Assembly: GCA_964373255.1 (NCBI GenBank)
Contig: CAYJTG010000002.1
Coordinates: 30,481-94,480, forward strand
Origin: an uncultured archaeon
GTDB taxonomy: Archaea > Aenigmatarchaeota > Aenigmatarchaeia > GW2011-AR5
Length of the DNA stretch: 64,000 nt
Direction of reading: 5' to 3'
Part shown: positions 60,136-64,000 of the stretch, piece by piece
How positions within the stretch are numbered: position 1 is the first letter of the stretch
Layout: the number at the start of each line of letters is the position of its first letter
The notes under the pieces: model-generated
Told to the model about the DNA's origin: nothing
The model's database searches: none
What the model saw: the letters and a program-made list of their open reading frames with translations, nothing else
Program-made: the position numbers and the translations under genes

Positions 60136-62970
60136 ATGAACAATGAAAAAGAGCAGGAAATAATAAACTTCTGGGAAAAAAAGCATATCTATCAGAAGTT
60201 AAAGCACGCCTCCGCTAAAAACAAGAAGTTTTACTTTCTGGACGGCCCGCCTTATGCGACGGGCTCGATTCACATAGGCACCGCATGGAACAAGATCCTG
60301 AAAGACGCTTACATCAGGTTCTGGCGAATGATAGGTTTTAATGTATGGGACCAGCCTGGATACGACACACACGGATTGCCAATCGAGAATAAGGTCGAGA
60401 AGCAGCTTCAGATCAAATCAAAGGCCGATATAGAAAGGCTTGGAATAGAGAAATTCATAGTTGAGTGCAGGAACTTCGCAACAAAATTTATTTCTACGAT
60501 GAACAGTCAGTTCGCTAACTTAGGGGTGTGGATGGACTGGAACAGTCCTTACATCACACTGTCCAATGAATATATAGAAGGCGCGTGGCACACGTTCAAG
60601 ACCGCATACGACAAGGGGTTTCTTTACCGAGGTTTGTATCCGGTGCATATATGCCCGCACTGCGAGACAGCCGTGGCTTATAATGAAATAGTATATGAAA
60701 ATGTTACAGACCCATCGGTATACGTAAAGTTCAGGGTGAGGTCCGACGAATCTATTCCAACCTACCTTGTTATTTGGACGACGACGCCGTGGACACTGCC
60801 TGCAAATACAGGCGTCATGGCGAAGCCCGGTGCTGATTATGTAAAGGTAAAAGTAAACGATCAGATGCTCATTATCGCAAAAGATCTCCTAGAAGGCACA
60901 ATGCAAAAAATAGGTGCACCGGACTACCAGATAATTTCTGTCGTTAAGGGAAAGGATATTGGAGGCCTCGAATATGAGCACCCGATGAGGGATATATTTG
61001 AATTTCAGAGAAGCCTCAAGAATGCACATAGAATTGTTCTGTCCGACCAGTTCGTTACATTGGACACAGGCACGGGACTTGTTCATACAGCCCCTGGTCA
61101 TGGCCAGGAGGACTATAAAGTAGGCGTAGAAAATGCCCTGCCTGTAATTTCACCGGTCAATCTTAATGGAACGTTCAACAGCGAGTGTGGCGATTTGTCA
61201 GGTATATTTGTAAAAGCAGCGGACCGCCTAATTATCGACAAATTAAAGGAGCGCGGTCTGTTACTGCATGAGGAAAAAATAACCCACGAATACCCACAGT
61301 GCTGGCGGTGCAGCTCGCCACTGCTTCTAATATCGGTGCAGCAGTGGTTTTTCCGCGTTACAAAGATCAGGAACAAGCTCATCGGAGAGAACAAAAAGGT
61401 CAACTGGTTTCCGAAATGGGCCGGCCAGAGATTCGAGAACTGGCTGGAAAACTTAGGCGACTGGCCTGTAAGTCGCCAGCGCTACTGGGGTATACCGCTG
61501 CCCATATGGGTGTGCGGGGACTGCCACTATATCCGCGTAATAGGCTCTGCGAAAGAATTGAAAAAAGTAAAAGACCTGCACAGGCCTTACATAGACAACG
61601 TAACGCTAAAATGCAAGTGTGGGGAAAGGATGAAAAGGATACCTGACGTTTTGGACGTCTGGTTTGACGCCGGCCTTGCTTCGTGGGCATCGCTTGGGTA
61701 CCCAAAGAACAAGACACTATTCAAAAAATTGTGGCCTGCTGATTTAAACATAGAAGGCCCTGACCAGATACGCGGGTGGTGGAACGCTGAGCTTATAACG
61801 AGCGTGATAACCTTTGATAAAGCGCCTTTCAAAAACATCCTGTTTCACGGCTTCGTTCTGGATGCACACGGCACAAAAATGGCAAAAAGTGTGGGAAATA
61901 TAGTAGCACCCGAAGAGATTATAGAAAAATACGGCCGTGATGTTTTGCGGTCTTACTTCTTATCGTCGGCGCCCTGGGACGACTTCTATTTCAAATGGTC
62001 TGACGTCGAAACGCTGGCGAAATCTTTTGTTATAATAGAAAATACGTTCAATTTTGTGAAATCGTATTGCCAGAAGCCAAAAAAGGCAAAACTAAACGTG
62101 GAGGACAGGTGGATACTGTCAAAACTAAATTCCCTGATCGTAAGCGTCACGAGCGACATGTCGTCTTATAATATCCACAAGGCCGCAACGGAGATACAAG
62201 AATTTATTGTAAATGACTTCTCGAGGTGGTACATAAAAATTATCAGGAACCGCGTCTGGCCGACATACAAAAAAAGAGACCGTCACGCCGCGTTTTATAC
62301 ACTACACGAAACAACAAAGTCCCTGTCACTGCTGATGGCACCGCTGACGCCATTTCTGTCAGAACACATCCATCAAAACATCCTGAGGCATTTCGGCGAA
62401 AAATCAGAAAGCGTACATATGTGCAAATGGCCGAGACCTGACAAAAAAATGATCGACAAAAGTACCGAGTCTATGATGGAAACTGTCAAAGAAATCATAG
62501 AAACTGTGAATTCTACAAGAAAGGAAAACAACCTAAACCAGAGATGGCCGGTAGATAAAATAATCGTAGAGAGCAAGGACGCGATCGTGAAAAAGGCTGC
62601 AAAGGAATTCGCTCGTGTATTGACAGACATGGTCAATGCAAAAAAAATCGAATTTGGCCACGGTGAGAAGGATTTTGCCGAAAAACAATTTTCAAGGGGA
62701 AAAATATACGTAAGCAAAAATGTACTGAAGGACGAGGCGTTACTGAGAGAGCTTCTGCGTGAAATACAAAACGAGAGGAAAAAAAGAAAACTGGTTGTCA
62801 AAGATAAAATACTGCTGCATCTAGACAACGAAGCGATGAAAAAATTCGTGCGTGAAATAAAGGAAAAGGTCGGCGCAAAGAAAATTCAGTTTGGAAGCGT
62901 TGAGGGTGAATTCAGCAGGGTCAAGCTTGACGACAGCACAGTTAAGTTTAAATTCATGCTGGTGAAATGA
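60136..62970 (+). CDS. ileS: Isoleucyl-tRNA synthetase (archaeal type)
   Basis: The N-terminal class-I motif is FYFLDGPPYATGSIHIGTAWNKILKD. It is followed by PGYDTHGLPIE, a CP1 editing region and the zinc motifs CPHC/CWRC. The KMSKS equivalent is GTKMAKSVGN. Confidence 0.9.
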   Translation: MNNEKEQEIINFWEKKHIYQKLKHASAKNKKFYFLDGPPYATGSIHIGTAWNKILKDAYIRFWRMIGFNVWDQPGYDTHGLPIENKVEKQLQIKSKADIERLGIEKFIVECRNFATKFISTMNSQFANLGVWMDWNSPYITLSNEYIEGAWHTFKTAYDKGFLYRGLYPVHICPHCETAVAYNEIVYENVTDPSVYVKFRVRSDESIPTYLVIWTTTPWTLPANTGVMAKPGADYVKVKVNDQMLIIAKDLLEGTMQKIGAPDYQIISVVKGKDIGGLEYEHPMRDIFEFQRSLKNAHRIVLSDQFVTLDTGTGLVHTAPGHGQEDYKVGVENALPVISPVNLNGTFNSECGDLSGIFVKAADRLIIDKLKERGLLLHEEKITHEYPQCWRCSSPLLLISVQQWFFRVTKIRNKLIGENKKVNWFPKWAGQRFENWLENLGDWPVSRQRYWGIPLPIWVCGDCHYIRVIGSAKELKKVKDLHRPYIDNVTLKCKCGERMKRIPDVLDVWFDAGLASWASLGYPKNKTLFKKLWPADLNIEGPDQIRGWWNAELITSVITFDKAPFKNILFHGFVLDAHGTKMAKSVGNIVAPEEIIEKYGRDVLRSYFLSSAPWDDFYFKWSDVETLAKSFVIIENTFNFVKSYCQKPKKAKLNVEDRWILSKLNSLIVSVTSDMSSYNIHKAATEIQEFIVNDFSRWYIKIIRNRVWPTYKKRDRHAAFYTLHETTKSLSLLMAPLTPFLSEHIHQNILRHFGEKSESVHMCKWPRPDKKMIDKSTESMMETVKEIIETVNSTRKENNLNQRWPVDKIIVESKDAIVKKAAKEFARVLTDMVNAKKIEFGHGEKDFAEKQFSRGKIYVSKNVLKDEALLRELLREIQNERKKRKLVVKDKILLHLDNEAMKKFVREIKEKVGAKKIQFGSVEGEFSRVKLDDSTVKFKFMLVK

Positions 62971-62971
62971 T

Positions 62972-64000
62972 ATGAAATATTTTAACGAAGCTGTACAATT
63001 TCTGAAGGACATCAACGTGAAGGACGAGATAATCATAGTTTTTAACAACGACGGGGACGGAATTTCATCATGCGCCATACTGATGAAATACCTAGAAACG
63101 ACGGGAAAAAAGAAACCTTACATCATATCACAGCCCATGCCCATGGACAAGAACCTTGTAAACAGGATAAAAACAGCATTGCCGAACAAAATAATATTTC
63201 TCGACCTTGTGGTTGACCAGCAGGAGGATATTTTGAAAAGGGTGCGGGGGTTTTCTGACATACTTATCGTAGACCACCACCAGATCATAAAAAATCTCAA
63301 CGGCAATAACGTTGTCATGTTCAATCCGAGGTTTACACGCCCGACGATATACCAATCAACAACGTACCTCGTATACAAAGTCTGCTCCGAGCTCGTTGAC
63401 CTCTCGGATTATTTATGGCTGGCTGGCATAGGCATCGTTTCTGACTACAATCTGGAAGACTCGACAGATACGGTGGAAAAAATAGCAAAAAAATATAAAA
63501 TAGAAGTTCTGTATGAATCGTTTATGGGCAGAATCGCAGACATGATAAGCGCGACGCGCGCGACAAAAATGATGAGCTGTGAGGAAATGGTACCATTTTT
63601 CATGCGTGTAGTTGATCCGACAAAGATAGAAGACGAAAAAGACGGGGATAAGCTTGTAAAATCATACCATATTGTGGAAGACGAGCTCAGTTCTCTTCTG
63701 CTAGACGCCCAGGAAAACTGCACAAAGGATGGCAACATAATACTGTACAATGCAAAATCAAAGTACAACCTCGATTCTTCTTTGTCGACAAAATTGAGCG
63801 AGAAGCACATGGATAAATTAGTCATCGTCTACAGCAAGAAGGGATCGCGGTACAAGATTTCAGCAAGAAACCAAAAGAAAAAAATCAACGCCGGCAAGGT
63901 CATGAAGCTTGCATCAAAAGGCCTGAAGGCTTCTGGCGGTGGGCACGAGGCTGCGGCCGGGGCGACCGTTGACGAAAAAGACTGGGAGAAATTTTTAAAA
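62972..64000 (+). CDS. DHH/DHHA1-family phosphoesterase (RecJ/GAN-like), 3' end outside window
   Basis: Open-ended ORF that is not in the track. Motifs are MKYFNEAV..IIVFNNDGDGISSCA (motif I), ILIVDHHQ (DHH) and SGGGHEAAAGA (DHHA1 GGGH). Confidence 0.85.
   Translation, partial: MKYFNEAVQFLKDINVKDEIIIVFNNDGDGISSCAILMKYLETTGKKKPYIISQPMPMDKNLVNRIKTALPNKIIFLDLVVDQQEDILKRVRGFSDILIVDHHQIIKNLNGNNVVMFNPRFTRPTIYQSTTYLVYKVCSELVDLSDYLWLAGIGIVSDYNLEDSTDTVEKIAKKYKIEVLYESFMGRIADMISATRATKMMSCEEMVPFFMRVVDPTKIEDEKDGDKLVKSYHIVEDELSSLLLDAQENCTKDGNIILYNAKSKYNLDSSLSTKLSEKHMDKLVIVYSKKGSRYKISARNQKKKINAGKVMKLASKGLKASGGGHEAAAGATVDEKDWEKFLK

Overview
The window is an archaeal chromosomal segment. Evidence: nine tRNA genes with bulge-helix-bulge-style introns, AT-rich TATA-like promoters, a Methanococcales-type S-layer protein, IleRS with the archaeal HIGT-type signature, a TFB-type Zn ribbon, a PIN-ATPase-KH protein and an EndoQ-like PHP nuclease carrying an intein. 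Assignment to a small-genome DPANN-like lineage is inference only.

Layout:
- 0.9-20.8 kb: minus-strand cluster of huge secreted, sequon-rich surface proteins (529, 1483, 273, 386 and 2687 aa) ending with the S-layer gene.
- 21-28 kb: small genes, four intron-bearing tRNAs and the intein-containing nuclease.
- 28-47 kb: accessory-looking region. It holds four paralogous lipobox proteins, HicAB and nucleotidyltransferase/HEPN pairs, and a five-gene minus-strand cluster. That cluster ends in a roughly 1800-aa polytopic membrane protein whose ectodomain terminates in a lytic transglycosylase plus a VanY/M15 peptidase, both peptidoglycan hydrolases, in an archaeon.
- 47-55 kb: more tRNAs, membrane proteins and surface proteins.
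- 55-64 kb: housekeeping genes (PIN/KH ATPase, HisRS, parvulin, IleRS, DHH phosphoesterase).

Three non-genic themes stand out:
- All nine tRNA genes carry introns (15-16 in total, mostly at non-canonical positions).
- Several introns are paralogous to each other and to an intergenic copy.
- A family of MITE-like elements built from nested perfect hairpins is present. Three copies have exact 8-9 bp target-site duplications, and one sits in frame inside a signal-peptide coding region.

No rRNA, CRISPR array, transposase or phage structural gene was seen. All coordinates and motifs were read by eye from the sequence and ORF track. All family assignments are motif-level and need profile searches.
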